NCBI GenBank assembly: GCA_009698575.1
Contig: WLPX01000008.1
Span: 4,782-68,781 of the forward strand
From: Actinomycetota bacterium
GTDB lineage: Bacteria; Actinomycetota; Actinomycetes; S36-B12; UBA5976
Length of the DNA: 64,000 nucleotides
Reading direction: 5' to 3'
Shown: positions 38,392-49,228 of the stretch, piece by piece
Position numbering within the stretch: position 1 is the first letter of the stretch
Layout: every line of letters begins with the position of its first letter
The notes under the pieces: model-generated
Databases searched by the model: none
Told to the model about the DNA's origin: nothing
Seen by the model: only the letters and a program-made list of their open reading frames with translations
Position numbers and translations under genes: made by a program

Positions 38392-39111
38392 ATGGACTCA
38401 GATTTCAACCTTGACTTGAACTCCGCGACGATTCGCCAGATTGCAACGCACTACGAGGCACCAAAAGTGTCTTGGGTCAGAGCCAACATGATCACGTCAC
38501 AGGACGGTCACTTCGTTGGAGCAAAAAATACTTCGCGAGAATTGACTGGACCAGCAGACTTTAAGTTACTGCTGTTACTTCGAGCACTTTCTGATGTTGT
38601 TCTCGTAGGTGCTAATACTGCGCGTCAGGAGAATTATCGTCAGCCCAAGCCCCATCCAGAATATGAATTTCTCGCACGGCCCACTCCGAGGTTGGCAATA
38701 GTTAGTGCATCTCTGGAATTTGATCTGGATTCGAATCTCTTTAGTGGTGGCCAAGAACCCACCATCATCATTAATGTCGGTGATTCAAAACCGCCTGCCG
38801 ATCTTGCAAAACTGGCTCAAGTAGTTCCGATTGTTCGCAATGAGATTCTTGGATCTGCCATAATTTCCACTTTGTCGCAAATTGGTTTGACCAAAGTTAC
38901 CTGTGAAGGCGGTGCAAAACTTCTTTCCGAGATGTTGAAAGCAGACGTAATAGATGAATATGATTTAACAATTTCGCCGAGTCAGGTAGGTGGCACCGCG
39001 AAGTTCGCCGAGTCATTGCCAATTGACTGGGACCAGGTTGGCACAGCATCAGCAGATGACTTTCAGTTCCAACGATTTTTCAACAAGCGCGTTAGCCAAC
39101 AGTTGCAATAG
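38392..39111 (+). CDS. RibD C-terminal domain / dihydrofolate reductase family protein (pyrimidine reductase-like)
   Basis: ANMITSQDGHFVGAKNTSRELTGPADFKLLLLLRALSDVVLVGANTARQENY is typical of the RibD_C fold. Start set at the ATG at 38392, 9 nt after AGGAG. The ORF-track start at 38314 lies inside tRNA-Val. Confidence 0.75.
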   Translation: MDSDFNLDLNSATIRQIATHYEAPKVSWVRANMITSQDGHFVGAKNTSRELTGPADFKLLLLLRALSDVVLVGANTARQENYRQPKPHPEYEFLARPTPRLAIVSASLEFDLDSNLFSGGQEPTIIINVGDSKPPADLAKLAQVVPIVRNEILGSAIISTLSQIGLTKVTCEGGAKLLSEMLKADVIDEYDLTISPSQVGGTAKFAESLPIDWDQVGTASADDFQFQRFFNKRVSQQLQ

Positions 39112-39120
39112 TCTTTACTC

Positions 39121-39525
39121 ATGGCTGAAAAAATAACCAAATCAGATGAGCAGTGGCGTAACGAACTAAGTGCCGAAGAATATCGGGTACTACGCGAAGC
39201 CGGAACCGAAGCGCCATTTATTGGGGAATACACCGACACTGAAACCGAAGGCATTTATGCCTGTCGCGCATGTGGAGCAGAACTGTTTCGCAGTGATTCG
39301 AAATTCCATAGTGGGTGTGGCTGGCCGTCATTTTTTACCCCGCTTGCTGCCGAGAGCGTTATAGAAATTAAAGACATGTCTCATGGCATGGTGCGCACCG
39401 AAATTCGCTGCGCTGCTTGTGAATCGCACCTGGGCCACGTATTCGAAGGTGAAGGCTACAAGACTCCAACAGACCTGCGGTATTGCATTAACTCAGTGTC
39501 AATGACACTTGTCACACCTAATTAG
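39121..39525 (+). CDS. msrB: Peptide-methionine (R)-S-oxide reductase
   Basis: 134-aa ORF with two CxxC pairs and GCGWPSF and RYCINS motifs. Confidence 0.93.
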   Translation: MAEKITKSDEQWRNELSAEEYRVLREAGTEAPFIGEYTDTETEGIYACRACGAELFRSDSKFHSGCGWPSFFTPLAAESVIEIKDMSHGMVRTEIRCAACESHLGHVFEGEGYKTPTDLRYCINSVSMTLVTPN

Positions 39526-39533
39526 CTGTGCTG

Positions 39534-40361
39534 CTACCCCATCGAAATTAAGGCAACACCACTGAACGTAAAAACAATTCCTAAATATTGAATTGGAATT
39601 AATCGCTCTTTGTGAATCCACCATGCAAGCAACACCGTAACTATTGGATACAGCGAGCCCAGTACCGCAACAACCGAAAGCAAACCAAGTGATGCAGCAA
39701 ATGCGAACAAAATATTTGCACCAGCATCAGTGATTCCGATGGCGGCCAAAATTGGTAGATCTGGTTTCACCAAGCCACCAAGGCTGCGTAGAGCAACTGC
39801 AATAATGGCAACAACTATGAACTGTGTGGCACGCATCGAAACGATTGTCATTGTGGGATTAATCTGGCCACCCTTTGCCATGAAGTAAACACAAATACCA
39901 AAAGTTAACGCAGCAAAAAGTGCTAAGAACACCGGACGTGGATCAACTTTGCCATTGAGTTCTGGGCCACTAGCTAAAATCACGCCAACCAGCGCAACTG
40001 CAATACCAACAAGTTGTATTGATGCTGGCCGCTCGCCTAGGACTAATCCGATTGTTACTGGTACGACAGCGCTAAGTGATGAGATTGGCGCAACAATTCC
40101 CATTTGTCCGGTAGCTAGTGCGGTGTAAAAACCGACTAATCCAAGTAATCCCATAGCACCCGCGATTGCACCATTGAACCAGACTGTTGAATTCCAGCTC
40201 CAATAACCAAGTGCCAGTGCAAGAGTTGAGGAGAAAAATAGCCCAAAACTTTGCGAACCACCGATTACGGCTAGGGCTTTTCGTCGCTTACTAAGTGTGC
40301 CGCCCAAAAAGTCGGCTAAACCCCAAACCAAACTAGATAACAGGGCGAGTACAACCGGCAT
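39534..40361 (-). CDS. EamA/DMT family transporter
   Basis: 275-aa ORF with about 10 predicted TM helices in the two-repeat architecture typical of EamA. Confidence 0.75.
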   Translation of the reverse strand: MPVVLALLSSLVWGLADFLGGTLSKRRKALAVIGGSQSFGLFFSSTLALALGYWSWNSTVWFNGAIAGAMGLLGLVGFYTALATGQMGIVAPISSLSAVVPVTIGLVLGERPASIQLVGIAVALVGVILASGPELNGKVDPRPVFLALFAALTFGICVYFMAKGGQINPTMTIVSMRATQFIVVAIIAVALRSLGGLVKPDLPILAAIGITDAGANILFAFAASLGLLSVVAVLGSLYPIVTVLLAWWIHKERLIPIQYLGIVFTFSGVALISMG

Positions 40362-40406
40362 TCGGTTAGCCTATCCGACCGCGCGCCTAGGCCAACAACT
40401 CACTAT

Positions 40407-41003
40407 GTGTTCATATGCTTAGAAGTAATGAGAACTATTGAAGCAGGTGCATCGATCGTGGACGTTTGGGATAGTGCAATTGCTAGCCTAAAAAACCCAC
40501 AACTGCGACCAGAATTCGTCATGGAGGAAGTGCCAGCACCACAACGTTTGGCGCCTCATAGCATTGCCATCTCGGTAGAAGTAGTAGATGCCGATGACGA
40601 AGAGTTGGCAGTTGGACGTTTTATTGTGCTGCATGATCCTGACGGCCAAGAAACTTGGGACGGCCCATTTCGGGTTGTGACATTTGTGCGAGCAGCTATC
40701 GAATCTGACGTTGTTACGGATGACTTGTTCGATGAAGTTGCATGGTCTTGGTTAACCGACGCCTTAGGTGATTCGGACGCGGAATATCACAATGTATCTG
40801 GAACTGTTACGCGCACTGTTTCGCGTTCTTTTGCTGGCTTGGAAGATCGCTCTACTGACACGGATTTAGAAATCCGCGCGTCGTGGTCACCAGATTCCGA
40901 AGACTTGGCGCTACATCTCAAGGGTTGGTTAGCTTTAGTTGAAAAAAGTTCTGGACTTACTCCGCTGCCGGAAGGCGTTTCGGCGCTTTCTCGAAAGCGT
41001 TAA
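40407..41003 (+). CDS. DUF3000 domain-containing protein
   Basis: 198-aa ORF upstream of rnd, as in mycobacteria (Rv2680-like). Contains RPEF..EEVPAPQRLAPHS. The start may be the ATG at 40428. Confidence 0.65.
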   Translation: MFICLEVMRTIEAGASIVDVWDSAIASLKNPQLRPEFVMEEVPAPQRLAPHSIAISVEVVDADDEELAVGRFIVLHDPDGQETWDGPFRVVTFVRAAIESDVVTDDLFDEVAWSWLTDALGDSDAEYHNVSGTVTRTVSRSFAGLEDRSTDTDLEIRASWSPDSEDLALHLKGWLALVEKSSGLTPLPEGVSALSRKR

Positions 41004-41012
41004 TACTTTTTT

Positions 41013-42281
41013 ATGACAGAGCCAATTGAAGATGCAACTGCTGCCAGCGCCGAACCCGAATCAACCAGTGTCAAAGTTGTTGCACCGCGCGATGGACTGC
41101 CGCCAATTATCACTACAGATAAGCAATTGGCTGAACTTATTTCAGCTCTTAGTGCCGGTACCGGCCCTGTTGCACTTGATGCCGAACGTGCCAGCGGATT
41201 TAAGTATTCGCAACGTGCATATTTGATTCAACTACGCAGAAACGGATCTGGCTCGCACCTGATAGATCCAACTTGCTTTGAAAATCTTGATCCTCTTCAA
41301 GATGCACTCTCAGGTGTTGATTGGATTTTGCATGCGGCATCCCAAGATCTAGTTTGTTTGGCTGAAGTTGGCTTAGTCCCTACTGCGCAGTTATTTGATT
41401 CTGAACTTGCCGGACGAATACTTGGCTACGAACGTGTCGGATTAGGTCCATTAATCGAAACGCAACTCGGATTTTCATTGGCAAAGGAGCACAGCGCAGC
41501 CGATTGGTCTACTCGCCCACTGCCTGAGTCTTGGCTAAATTACGCAGCATTAGATGTTGAATTCTTAATCGAGCTTTGGGAATTACTGGCTACCAAGCTG
41601 CATGAAGCAGAAAAATTTCATTGGGCAATTCAAGAGTTTGATCACGTGAAGCGCACTACCGGACCAATTGAGCGCGTTGATCCTTGGCGCCGTACTTCCG
41701 GCATGCATGTAATCCGCAAACCTCGGGAGTTGGCAATAGTCCGGGAAGTTTGGCACGCTCGTGACGAGATCGCGCGCGATGCGGACATTGCGCCAGGTCG
41801 AATTTTGTCCGATTCGCACATAGTTACCCTGGCTAGTTCTGGCATGACAACTACAACGGAACTGAAGTCCTTGTCGTTCATGCATCTGCGCAACGTTAAA
41901 CGCCATGCCAATTCTTGGATTACGGCAACTCTGCGCGCACATGAATTACCAGAAACCGAACTGCCACCACTTAAGTTGCCAGCAACCGGACCGCCCGCTC
42001 CCCGAAACTGGGAATCTAGAAATCCCCAGGCCTGGAAACGTTTAGAGTTTGCCCGCGCAGCACTTGCCGAGATTGCTACGAAACTGGAACTTCCGACCGA
42101 AAATTTGATGACTCCGGAAACTGTTCGCAAAGTCTTATGGGCACCGCCAGAAACGCCTTCCGAATTGGAAACTGTACTTGCGCAATTAAACGCCAGGCCG
42201 TGGCAAATAGAAATAGTTGCTCCGGTTTTAGAAACTGCTATTTGGCAACTACCCACAAAAGTCGAAGTTAGCGAACTTTAG
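41013..42281 (+). CDS. rnd: Ribonuclease D-like 3'-5' exonuclease with HRDC domain
   Basis: 422-aa ORF with DEDD exonuclease motifs ([10 protein letters not shown].., [16 protein letters not shown]) followed by an HRDC-like region. Confidence 0.85.
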   Translation: MTEPIEDATAASAEPESTSVKVVAPRDGLPPIITTDKQLAELISALSAGTGPVALDAERASGFKYSQRAYLIQLRRNGSGSHLIDPTCFENLDPLQDALSGVDWILHAASQDLVCLAEVGLVPTAQLFDSELAGRILGYERVGLGPLIETQLGFSLAKEHSAADWSTRPLPESWLNYAALDVEFLIELWELLATKLHEAEKFHWAIQEFDHVKRTTGPIERVDPWRRTSGMHVIRKPRELAIVREVWHARDEIARDADIAPGRILSDSHIVTLASSGMTTTTELKSLSFMHLRNVKRHANSWITATLRAHELPETELPPLKLPATGPPAPRNWESRNPQAWKRLEFARAALAEIATKLELPTENLMTPETVRKVLWAPPETPSELETVLAQLNARPWQIEIVAPVLETAIWQLPTKVEVSEL

Positions 42282-44151
42282 ATTTAAGTCCCTGTTCGAT
42301 CGTGGCAGCGATGCCTTGGGCGTCGAGATGAAGCTTTTGCAAAATTGATTTACGCGAGGCGTGGTCCAAGAATTTCTTAGGAATGCCTAGCGACATTAAC
42401 CGCGTCGCCGAATTATTCGCCCGAAGTGCGCTGCCGATAGCTTCGCCGATGCCACCGTCGACCAGGCCGTCTTCAATTGTTACGACATAATCGCGATCAC
42501 TTAAGTATTCGATCAACCCAGCATTTACTGGCAACACTTGGATTGGATCTAAGACTTCAACTGAGTAGCCACTTGCCTGCAGAGTTTTTGCTGATTCAAG
42601 TGCCGTGGTGGCCATTGCACCAACTGCCACAATGCAAACGTCTGGATTGGTTTGCGCCACAAGTACATCTGCAAAGCCCAATGAGTTAACAGCTGGGATG
42701 TCAGCTGGAACTGCGCCTTTGGAGAATCGAATCACAGTTGGGTGATCAGACTTATCAACTGACTTGCGCAGCGCTGCAACTAATTGAGCGCCATCGCGAG
42801 GCGCGAATAAATCTAAATTAGGCACTACGCGCAGTAACGCCATATCCCACATGCCATTGTGGCTTGCGCCATCGTCGCCAGTAACTCCAGAGCGATCCAG
42901 CGCAAAAGTAACTCCGGCATCGTGCAGCGCGCAATCCATAATTACTTGGTCGATTGCGCGATTTAGGAATGTGGAATAAATGGCAATAACTGGATGTAGG
43001 CCAGCGTGCGCCATACCTACTGCGCTGGTAACGGCATGTTGTTCGGCAATTCCAACATCAAAAGTTCGCTCGGGAAATTTTCCAGCGAATGCATCAAGAC
43101 CCGTAGGTCCCAACATTGCTGCCGTGATTGCAACAACATCTTGGCGCTCTCCTCCGATGGCTACTAACTCTTGGGAAAATACTGAAGTCCAAGAAGTAGC
43201 TGCTTGGGAAAGTGGTTTGCCAGTATCTGGATCAACCACTCCTACTGCGTGGAATCGATCGGCTTCATCTGTTTCAGCCGGCGTATAGCCACGGCCTTTT
43301 TCGGTGATTACATGCACGATTACTGGACCGCCGAAATCCCGAGCACGTTGGAAAGCGAATTCCATGTCAGTTATGTTGTGGCCATCGATTGGTCCGATGT
43401 ATTTCAACCCAAGGTCTTCAAACAAACCTTGCGGAGCAACAAAATCCTTGATTCCCTTTTTCATACCGTGAAGTGCATCGTAAACCGGCGCGCCTACGAC
43501 TGGAGTACGTTCGAGAACGGATTTACCCCAATCCAAGAATCTCTCATAACCTTTTGTGGTGCGCAGCGTTGCTAAGTGTCGTGCCATGCCACCAATAGTT
43601 GGTGAGTACGAACGTTCGTTGTCATTTACTACGATCACGATAGATCGATCCGAGCCATCGGCAATATTATTTAATGCTTCCCATGTCATGCCGCCGGTAA
43701 GTGCGCCGTCTCCGACAACTGCAACTACGTGCCGATCTGATTCTCCGTGAATCTCAAATGCCTTAGCGATGCCATCGGCATATGACAGCGCAGTTGATGC
43801 GTGACTATTTTCGATAACGTCATGAATGCTTTCGGCCCGACTCGGATAGCCTGACAAGCCACCTTCTTGTCTCAGCGATTCAAAATCGCTGGCGCGACCA
43901 GTAACCATTTTGTGAACATAGGACTGGTGTCCGGTATCCCAAAGGATTGGATCCTTCGGAGAGTCAAAAACCCGATGAAGCGCCAAAGTGAGTTCGACCA
44001 CGCCCAAGTTAGGACCTAAGTGGCCGCCAGTACGAGTTACATAACTGACAAGCGCGTCGCGAATTTCTTGCGACAGCGTGGTTAGTTGCTCTGGACTCAG
44101 TGTCCGCAAGTCAGCTGGAGTGGAAATGCCAGACAAAATAGTCATAGCCAC
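42268..44151 (-). CDS. dxs: 1-deoxy-D-xylulose-5-phosphate synthase
   Basis: 627-aa ORF with TPP-binding [16 protein letters not shown]. The start is more likely the ATG at 44145, 7 nt after AGGGG. Confidence 0.95.
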   Translation of the reverse strand: MAMTILSGISTPADLRTLSPEQLTTLSQEIRDALVSYVTRTGGHLGPNLGVVELTLALHRVFDSPKDPILWDTGHQSYVHKMVTGRASDFESLRQEGGLSGYPSRAESIHDVIENSHASTALSYADGIAKAFEIHGESDRHVVAVVGDGALTGGMTWEALNNIADGSDRSIVIVVNDNERSYSPTIGGMARHLATLRTTKGYERFLDWGKSVLERTPVVGAPVYDALHGMKKGIKDFVAPQGLFEDLGLKYIGPIDGHNITDMEFAFQRARDFGGPVIVHVITEKGRGYTPAETDEADRFHAVGVVDPDTGKPLSQAATSWTSVFSQELVAIGGERQDVVAITAAMLGPTGLDAFAGKFPERTFDVGIAEQHAVTSAVGMAHAGLHPVIAIYSTFLNRAIDQVIMDCALHDAGVTFALDRSGVTGDDGASHNGMWDMALLRVVPNLDLFAPRDGAQLVAALRKSVDKSDHPTVIRFSKGAVPADIPAVNSLGFADVLVAQTNPDVCIVAVGAMATTALESAKTLQASGYSVEVLDPIQVLPVNAGLIEYLSDRDYVVTIEDGLVDGGIGEAIGSALRANNSATRLMSLGIPKKFLDHASRKSILQKLHLDAQGIAATIEQGLKSKVR

Positions 44152-44234
44152 ACCCCTATCGAATTGGTAATCCCACCAAGTCTAATGACGAAGCAGTAAA
44201 CCTGCCCGATGCCAGATGCTTTAACTTACTGAAA

Positions 44235-44573
44235 TCAGTTAGTTTTTGCCGTTATTAAGGCCTCAATGACCGCAGTTGCCTGAACTAATTCCAATGCCAA
44301 TCGCGCGCCTTCATGCTCCAACGTTGTAAGTAATTCAGTTAAAACTTCTGGCTGCAAATCCGTTGTGGTGCGGGCATTTCGATACGCATCACGAATTGCC
44401 TCGACTTGGTGCTCCAATTGAAATTGTGCAACATAACCCAGCGCAACAGGTTGTGTCTTGAAGAGTTCATATGTTCGAAATTCGGATGGACAACGATCCA
44501 GCAACCAAGCAATTGCCTTACTCTCCCATCCAGTAGAACCGGCTGGAACTAAATCACTGGGCCAACTGCTCAT
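44235..44573 (-). CDS. Hypothetical protein, translationally coupled to acnA
   Basis: 112-aa ORF whose ATG overlaps the acnA TGA (ATGA at 44570-44573). I recognise no motif in it. Confidence 0.55.
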   Translation of the reverse strand: MSSWPSDLVPAGSTGWESKAIAWLLDRCPSEFRTYELFKTQPVALGYVAQFQLEHQVEAIRDAYRNARTTTDLQPEVLTELLTTLEHEGARLALELVQATAVIEALITAKTN

Positions 44574-47233
44574 GCTTTAACGAGAGATCGCAGAACATAC
44601 TGCAAGATTCCACCATGGCGGAAGTAATCAGCTTCACCTGGTGTATCAATGCGTACCAGAGCTGTAAAGCTCTGGGCTGTGCCATCTGCTGCCGTAGCCG
44701 TCACCGTAACTGTCGTTGGTGTTTTGCCATCGTTTAGTTCGGTGATACCTGCAACATCAAAAGTTTCAGTACCAATTAGACCAAGTGATTCGGCAGTTTG
44801 TCCCGCTGGGAACTGCAGTGGCAAAACGCCCATGCCAATCAAGTTAGAGCGATGGATGCGTTCGTATGATTCTGCGATGACTACTCGGACGCCAAGCAAT
44901 GCTGTGCCCTTTGCTGCCCAGTCGCGCGATGAACCAGAGCCGTATTCTTTACCCGCCAAAATAATCAACGGCACATTATTCTTGGCTGCGGATTCCGAAG
45001 CATCATAAATAGTTGATTGCGGTGCGCCATCAACTGTGAAGTCTCGAGTAAAGCCACCTTCGACATTGTCCAACAACTGATTGCGCAGGCGGATGTTTGC
45101 AAATGTGCCACGAATCATTACTTCGTGATTGCCACGCCGAGATCCGTAAGAGTTAAAGTCAGCTTTTGCAACGCCGTTTTCTTTCAGATACTTACCTGCC
45201 GGGCTATCCTCGCGGATCGATCCCGCAGGTGAAATGTGATCAGTTGTTACTGAGTCACCTAGCTTGGCTAGTACTCGAGCGCCAGTGACATCGGTAACAG
45301 GCACAGGTTGGGCTGGCATGTTTTCAAAATACGGAGGCCTGCGTACATAAGTACTCTTTGGATCCCAATCAAATGTGGCGCCAGTTGGTGTCTCCAAGTT
45401 TTGCCAACGCGCATCACCAGCAAATACGTCGCGATAGCGCGAAGTAAACATGTTTGCATCGATTGAGGAATCGATTACTGCAGCGACTTCTTGCGCACTT
45501 GGCCAAATATCTTTCAAGTAGACCGGATTACCATCTTTATCGTCACCCAGTGAATCATTTTGGATATCAATTGTCATGGATCCAGCGATTGCATAAGCCA
45601 CAACTAGCGGTGGCGATGCTAGGTAGTTCATTTTTACGTCCGGATTGATTCGACCTTCAAAATTTCGGTTTCCGGATAACACTGCGACTGCAGCTAAGTC
45701 ATTATCTTGAATTGCAGAACTGATCTCTGATGCAACTGGACCGGAGTTACCAATACATGTGGTGCATCCGTAGCCAACTAAGTTGAAGCCAAGGGCATCT
45801 AAGTACTGGGTTAAACCGGACTTGTTGTAATAGTCAGTGACAACCTGTGAACCCGGCGCCAATGTAGTTTTCACCCACGGCTTGCGAGTAAGTCCCTTTT
45901 CAACCGCTTTTTTAGCTAGTAAGCCAGCGGCCATCATCACAGATGGGTTAGACGTGTTGGTGCAAGAAGTGATTGCCGCAATTACAACTGCGCCATGGCC
46001 AATTTCAAAATCTCCAGTTGCCGATTTAACTAACGCTTTCTTGCTGCGATCCTGGGTGTATGTCTTAACTGCAGTTTCAAAGGCAGTGTCAGCATCAGAA
46101 AGTGCGACGCGATCTTGCGGACGCTTTGGTCCGGCAATCGATGGCGTGACAGTTGCTAGATCAAGTTCAATGTATTCGGAATAAACCGGTTCAATCGCCG
46201 GATCGTGCCACAGGCCCTGAGCTTGGGCAAAGGCCTTAACAAGTTCAAGTTGCGAATCTGGCCGGCCGGTTAGACGCAAATAATTTAAGGTCTCTTCATC
46301 AATTGGGAAGATCGCAGCAGTTGAGCCATATTCTGGACTCATGTTGCCAATTGTGGCTCGGTTGGCGAGTGAAACAGAAGTAACACCCTCGCCATAAAAT
46401 TCAACAAATTTTCCGACTACGCCATGTTTGCGCAACATTTCGGTGATTGTTAAAACTAAGTCTGTTGCAGTGGTGCCCGCTGGCATCTGACCAAATAGTT
46501 TGAAGCCAACAACACGTGGAATCAACATGGAAACTGGTTGACCTAACATGGCGGCTTCGGCTTCGATGCCGCCTACTCCCCAGCCCAATACCCCTAAGCC
46601 GTTGACCATAGTTGTGTGTGAATCAGTTCCAACACAGCTATCGGGATACGCCATGCCATTGCGAACCATTACGACGCGAGCCAAGGCTTCAATATTTACT
46701 TGGTGCACAATGCCAGTGCCAGGCGGAACTACCTTGAAGTCATCAAATGCATCTTGACCCCAGCGCAAGAATTTATAACGTTCGCCATTTCGTTCGTATT
46801 CAAGTTCAACATTTTTATCAGCCGCAGCATTATTACCGAAGAAGTCAGCAATTACTGAGTGGTCAATTACGAGCTCAGCAGGCGCGAGTGGATTAATGCG
46901 GTTTGGATCTCCACCTAGTTTGGTGAATGCCTCGCGCATAGTTGCTAAGTCGACTACGCAAGGTACGCCAGTGAAGTCCTGCATGATTACGCGCGCTGGA
47001 GTGAATTGAATTTCATCAGTTGGTTCGGCCTGGGCGTCCCAATTCGCTAAGGTGCGGATTTGATCTGCCGTAACGTTAGCGCCATCTTCGGTGCGCAATA
47101 AGTTCTCGAGCAATACTTTGTGAGTAAATGGCAATCTTTCACTGCCGGCAACTGCATCCAATCGAAAAATCGTAAATTTTTCCCCGCCAACAGTTAGTTC
47201 GGCTTGGGCTTTGAATGAGTTGAGGCTACTCAC
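44570..47233 (-). CDS. acnA: Aconitate hydratase A
   Basis: Fe-S ligand regions ([19 protein letters not shown]). Start set at the GTG at 47233, preceded by AGGAG, because the resulting N-terminus [15 protein letters not shown] aligns with mycobacterial Acn. The ORF-track TTG at 47260 lies inside the upstream palindrome. Confidence 0.93.
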   Translation of the reverse strand: MSSLNSFKAQAELTVGGEKFTIFRLDAVAGSERLPFTHKVLLENLLRTEDGANVTADQIRTLANWDAQAEPTDEIQFTPARVIMQDFTGVPCVVDLATMREAFTKLGGDPNRINPLAPAELVIDHSVIADFFGNNAAADKNVELEYERNGERYKFLRWGQDAFDDFKVVPPGTGIVHQVNIEALARVVMVRNGMAYPDSCVGTDSHTTMVNGLGVLGWGVGGIEAEAAMLGQPVSMLIPRVVGFKLFGQMPAGTTATDLVLTITEMLRKHGVVGKFVEFYGEGVTSVSLANRATIGNMSPEYGSTAAIFPIDEETLNYLRLTGRPDSQLELVKAFAQAQGLWHDPAIEPVYSEYIELDLATVTPSIAGPKRPQDRVALSDADTAFETAVKTYTQDRSKKALVKSATGDFEIGHGAVVIAAITSCTNTSNPSVMMAAGLLAKKAVEKGLTRKPWVKTTLAPGSQVVTDYYNKSGLTQYLDALGFNLVGYGCTTCIGNSGPVASEISSAIQDNDLAAVAVLSGNRNFEGRINPDVKMNYLASPPLVVAYAIAGSMTIDIQNDSLGDDKDGNPVYLKDIWPSAQEVAAVIDSSIDANMFTSRYRDVFAGDARWQNLETPTGATFDWDPKSTYVRRPPYFENMPAQPVPVTDVTGARVLAKLGDSVTTDHISPAGSIREDSPAGKYLKENGVAKADFNSYGSRRGNHEVMIRGTFANIRLRNQLLDNVEGGFTRDFTVDGAPQSTIYDASESAAKNNVPLIILAGKEYGSGSSRDWAAKGTALLGVRVVIAESYERIHRSNLIGMGVLPLQFPAGQTAESLGLIGTETFDVAGITELNDGKTPTTVTVTATAADGTAQSFTALVRIDTPGEADYFRHGGILQYVLRSLVKA

Positions 47234-47246
47234 GAAACTCCTAAAG

Positions 47247-47264
47247 TATCTTGACGTCAAGATA
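47247..47264 (-). promoter_or_regulatory. Perfect 18-bp palindrome TATCTTGACGTCAAGATA; candidate operator of acnA
   Basis: 9+9 perfect inverted repeat read directly. It lies 2 nt downstream of a TATAAT hexamer and 14 nt upstream of the GTG start. Confidence 0.55.
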
Positions 47265-47265
47265 A

Positions 47266-47271
47266 ATTATA
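47266..47271 (-). promoter_or_regulatory. Candidate -10 hexamer TATAAT of the acnA promoter
   Basis: Consensus TATAAT on the minus strand, 33 nt upstream of the GTG at 47233. No good -35 at 16-18 nt spacing. Confidence 0.45.
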
Positions 47272-47311
47272 CTCCGTTATTCCTCAAGTTCTTGGCATAC
47301 CCCTGATTCGG

Positions 47312-48502
47312 TTAATACCTTTCGAAAAGGGCGATGCACTCCACATGTCCAGTCATCGGGAACGCATCTAACCCCACTAGCTTGGTCATTGACCAGCCGG
47401 CATCAGCCAGGTACTTCGCATCACGGCCTAAAGCACTAGGTTCGCATGCCACATAGACAATTGCGCGCTTAGTAATCCGATTTAACTCAGTAACAACATC
47501 AAGGCCTGCGCCCGCTCGCGGTGGATCCAGAATTACGACCTCAAAATCTTCGTCAATTTGAGTTATCCACTTTGAAACGTCCGCTGTAATCAAATCCATT
47601 TGTGGTAAATCGCTACAAGAACGCCTGGCATCGCGCATGGAATCAATTACTGATTCCACGGCGACCATCTCACCTTTTTCAGTCACGTCTGCAGCTAAGC
47701 TCGCCGCAAATAATCCCGCGCCGGCGTATAGATCAAGTGCTTTGTCGCCGGGCTTTAAGTTTGCAAATCTTCGTACCGTTTCTACAAATACTATTGGCGC
47801 ATCTTTATGTACTTGCCAAAATGAACCGGCGTGGATTCGCCAGCTACGATCACCAACGGTTTCATCAAGCCAAGGTCCGCCGCGTTGGTCAACTACGACA
47901 TGTTGTCCAGTCGAACTTTGCGCCGTGCTGATATCTCCTCGGCCAAGATGTTTCTTTTCTTGCGCTAAGGCAACTGATCCCTCGACTGCAATTAGGCAGT
48001 CGTCAATTTCAACTACGGTGTGCGATCGTGTCATTTTCATTCCGATCGAAACATCACCGATTCGGGCATACCGATTACGAGTGCGCCAACGTAATCCAGT
48101 CTCCGAAGGAGATAGTGAAATTACTTCAAAATCAGCAAGCGGCTTACCGTTAACGTGCGTAATCCCGCCCAAGTGCGAAAGTTGTTCGCGTACAACTTCA
48201 CTTTTTAGTTCTCGCTGATGTGAAAGGCTGACGTGCTGCCAGTCGCAGCCGCCACAAGTTCCCGCATAAGCACATGGTGCTTCAACTCGATGTTCACTTG
48301 CGGCAAGCACTTCGACAACATCTGCACGTAAGAACTTCTTGCTGATGTCTGTGATTTCAGCGCGTACTCGTTCCCCGGGGATACCGTGACGAAGGAATAC
48401 CACTTGCCCATCGTGTCGTGCGATACAAAAGCCACCGTTAGCAACTTTGTCAGCAGTTAACTCAACGATCTGGCCAACCTTGACTGTTTCAATTCCAGTC
48501 AT
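47312..48502 (-). CDS. TRAM-domain class I SAM-dependent RNA (uracil-5-)methyltransferase (RlmD/TrmA family)
   Basis: 396-aa ORF with an N-terminal TRAM-like OB region, Cys cluster CAYAGTCGGC, SAM motif LDLYAGAGLFA, and DPPRAG. Confidence 0.85.
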   Translation of the reverse strand: MTGIETVKVGQIVELTADKVANGGFCIARHDGQVVFLRHGIPGERVRAEITDISKKFLRADVVEVLAASEHRVEAPCAYAGTCGGCDWQHVSLSHQRELKSEVVREQLSHLGGITHVNGKPLADFEVISLSPSETGLRWRTRNRYARIGDVSIGMKMTRSHTVVEIDDCLIAVEGSVALAQEKKHLGRGDISTAQSSTGQHVVVDQRGGPWLDETVGDRSWRIHAGSFWQVHKDAPIVFVETVRRFANLKPGDKALDLYAGAGLFAASLAADVTEKGEMVAVESVIDSMRDARRSCSDLPQMDLITADVSKWITQIDEDFEVVILDPPRAGAGLDVVTELNRITKRAIVYVACEPSALGRDAKYLADAGWSMTKLVGLDAFPMTGHVECIALFERY

Positions 48503-49173
48503 GCGATATCAACTTCTTTCGCTTTGGCATTAGTGAGTAATCGATAAGTTAGGAAAATTCCCAGCGCAAAGAGCGGATATCCCAGCAACACTTTTAAAGT
48601 TCCAAGTGCTGCAGTTTGCCCCAACAAATAGAGCGGGCACATAATTGCCACGCGGATTCCAAACACGAGTGTCCATAGCCAAGTAATCGAGCTAAACAAT
48701 TTATGTTTTGCAGCATCCTTAGTCCAGGAAGTGTCATTGCCGCGCATCGCTTCAATTGCGTAACCCAGCAGCGGACGCTTTACCAAGATGCTTACTAGGC
48801 AGGCTGTTGCATAGGCAGCATTCGTCAGGATCCCAGGCAAGAAAAAGTTGTCTGCATTTCCAGTGCGTTTGGCAATGAAAGCAGCAATTCCGATTCCAAT
48901 TAATCCAGAGAAAACTTGTTGTAAGGATTGCCGGCGTGCTAACCGCAGGATCGCAAGCACTGCCGCGGTTCCAACTGAGGCATAAAGTGTCGTTTCCAGG
49001 TTCCGATCAGTTACTAAGTAAGCGATCGTGAAAACAATAAATGGTAAGCCGGAGTCGATTACGCCACTCCAGCCGCCTAATGCAGATGTAAGTAGTTCGG
49101 AATCATCCTTGATTTCCTTGGCAATACTCTCGTCGACAGGTTCGCTATTACTATCAGTCATTGCTAGCTCCAC
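48499..49173 (-). CDS. DUF3159 domain-containing membrane protein
   Basis: 224-aa multi-TM ORF in the conserved actinobacterial dut-DUF3710-DUF3159 neighbourhood. Assigned mainly by synteny. Confidence 0.55.
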   Translation of the reverse strand: MELAMTDSNSEPVDESIAKEIKDDSELLTSALGGWSGVIDSGLPFIVFTIAYLVTDRNLETTLYASVGTAAVLAILRLARRQSLQQVFSGLIGIGIAAFIAKRTGNADNFFLPGILTNAAYATACLVSILVKRPLLGYAIEAMRGNDTSWTKDAAKHKLFSSITWLWTLVFGIRVAIMCPLYLLGQTAALGTLKVLLGYPLFALGIFLTYRLLTNAKAKEVDIA

Positions 49174-49228
49174 AAGTAGGCACGTACTAACTGTAACCAG
49201 TAGTTACCTATTGTTTACCCAAGCCAAA

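Noticed and set aside
38068-38400. The tRNA Gly-Cys-Val cluster as a possible integration hotspot for a genomic island.
   Set aside because: The flanking genes are housekeeping (pabB-like upstream, RibD_C-like and msrB downstream). I saw no integrase, no direct repeat of a tRNA 3' end, and no compositional break by eye.
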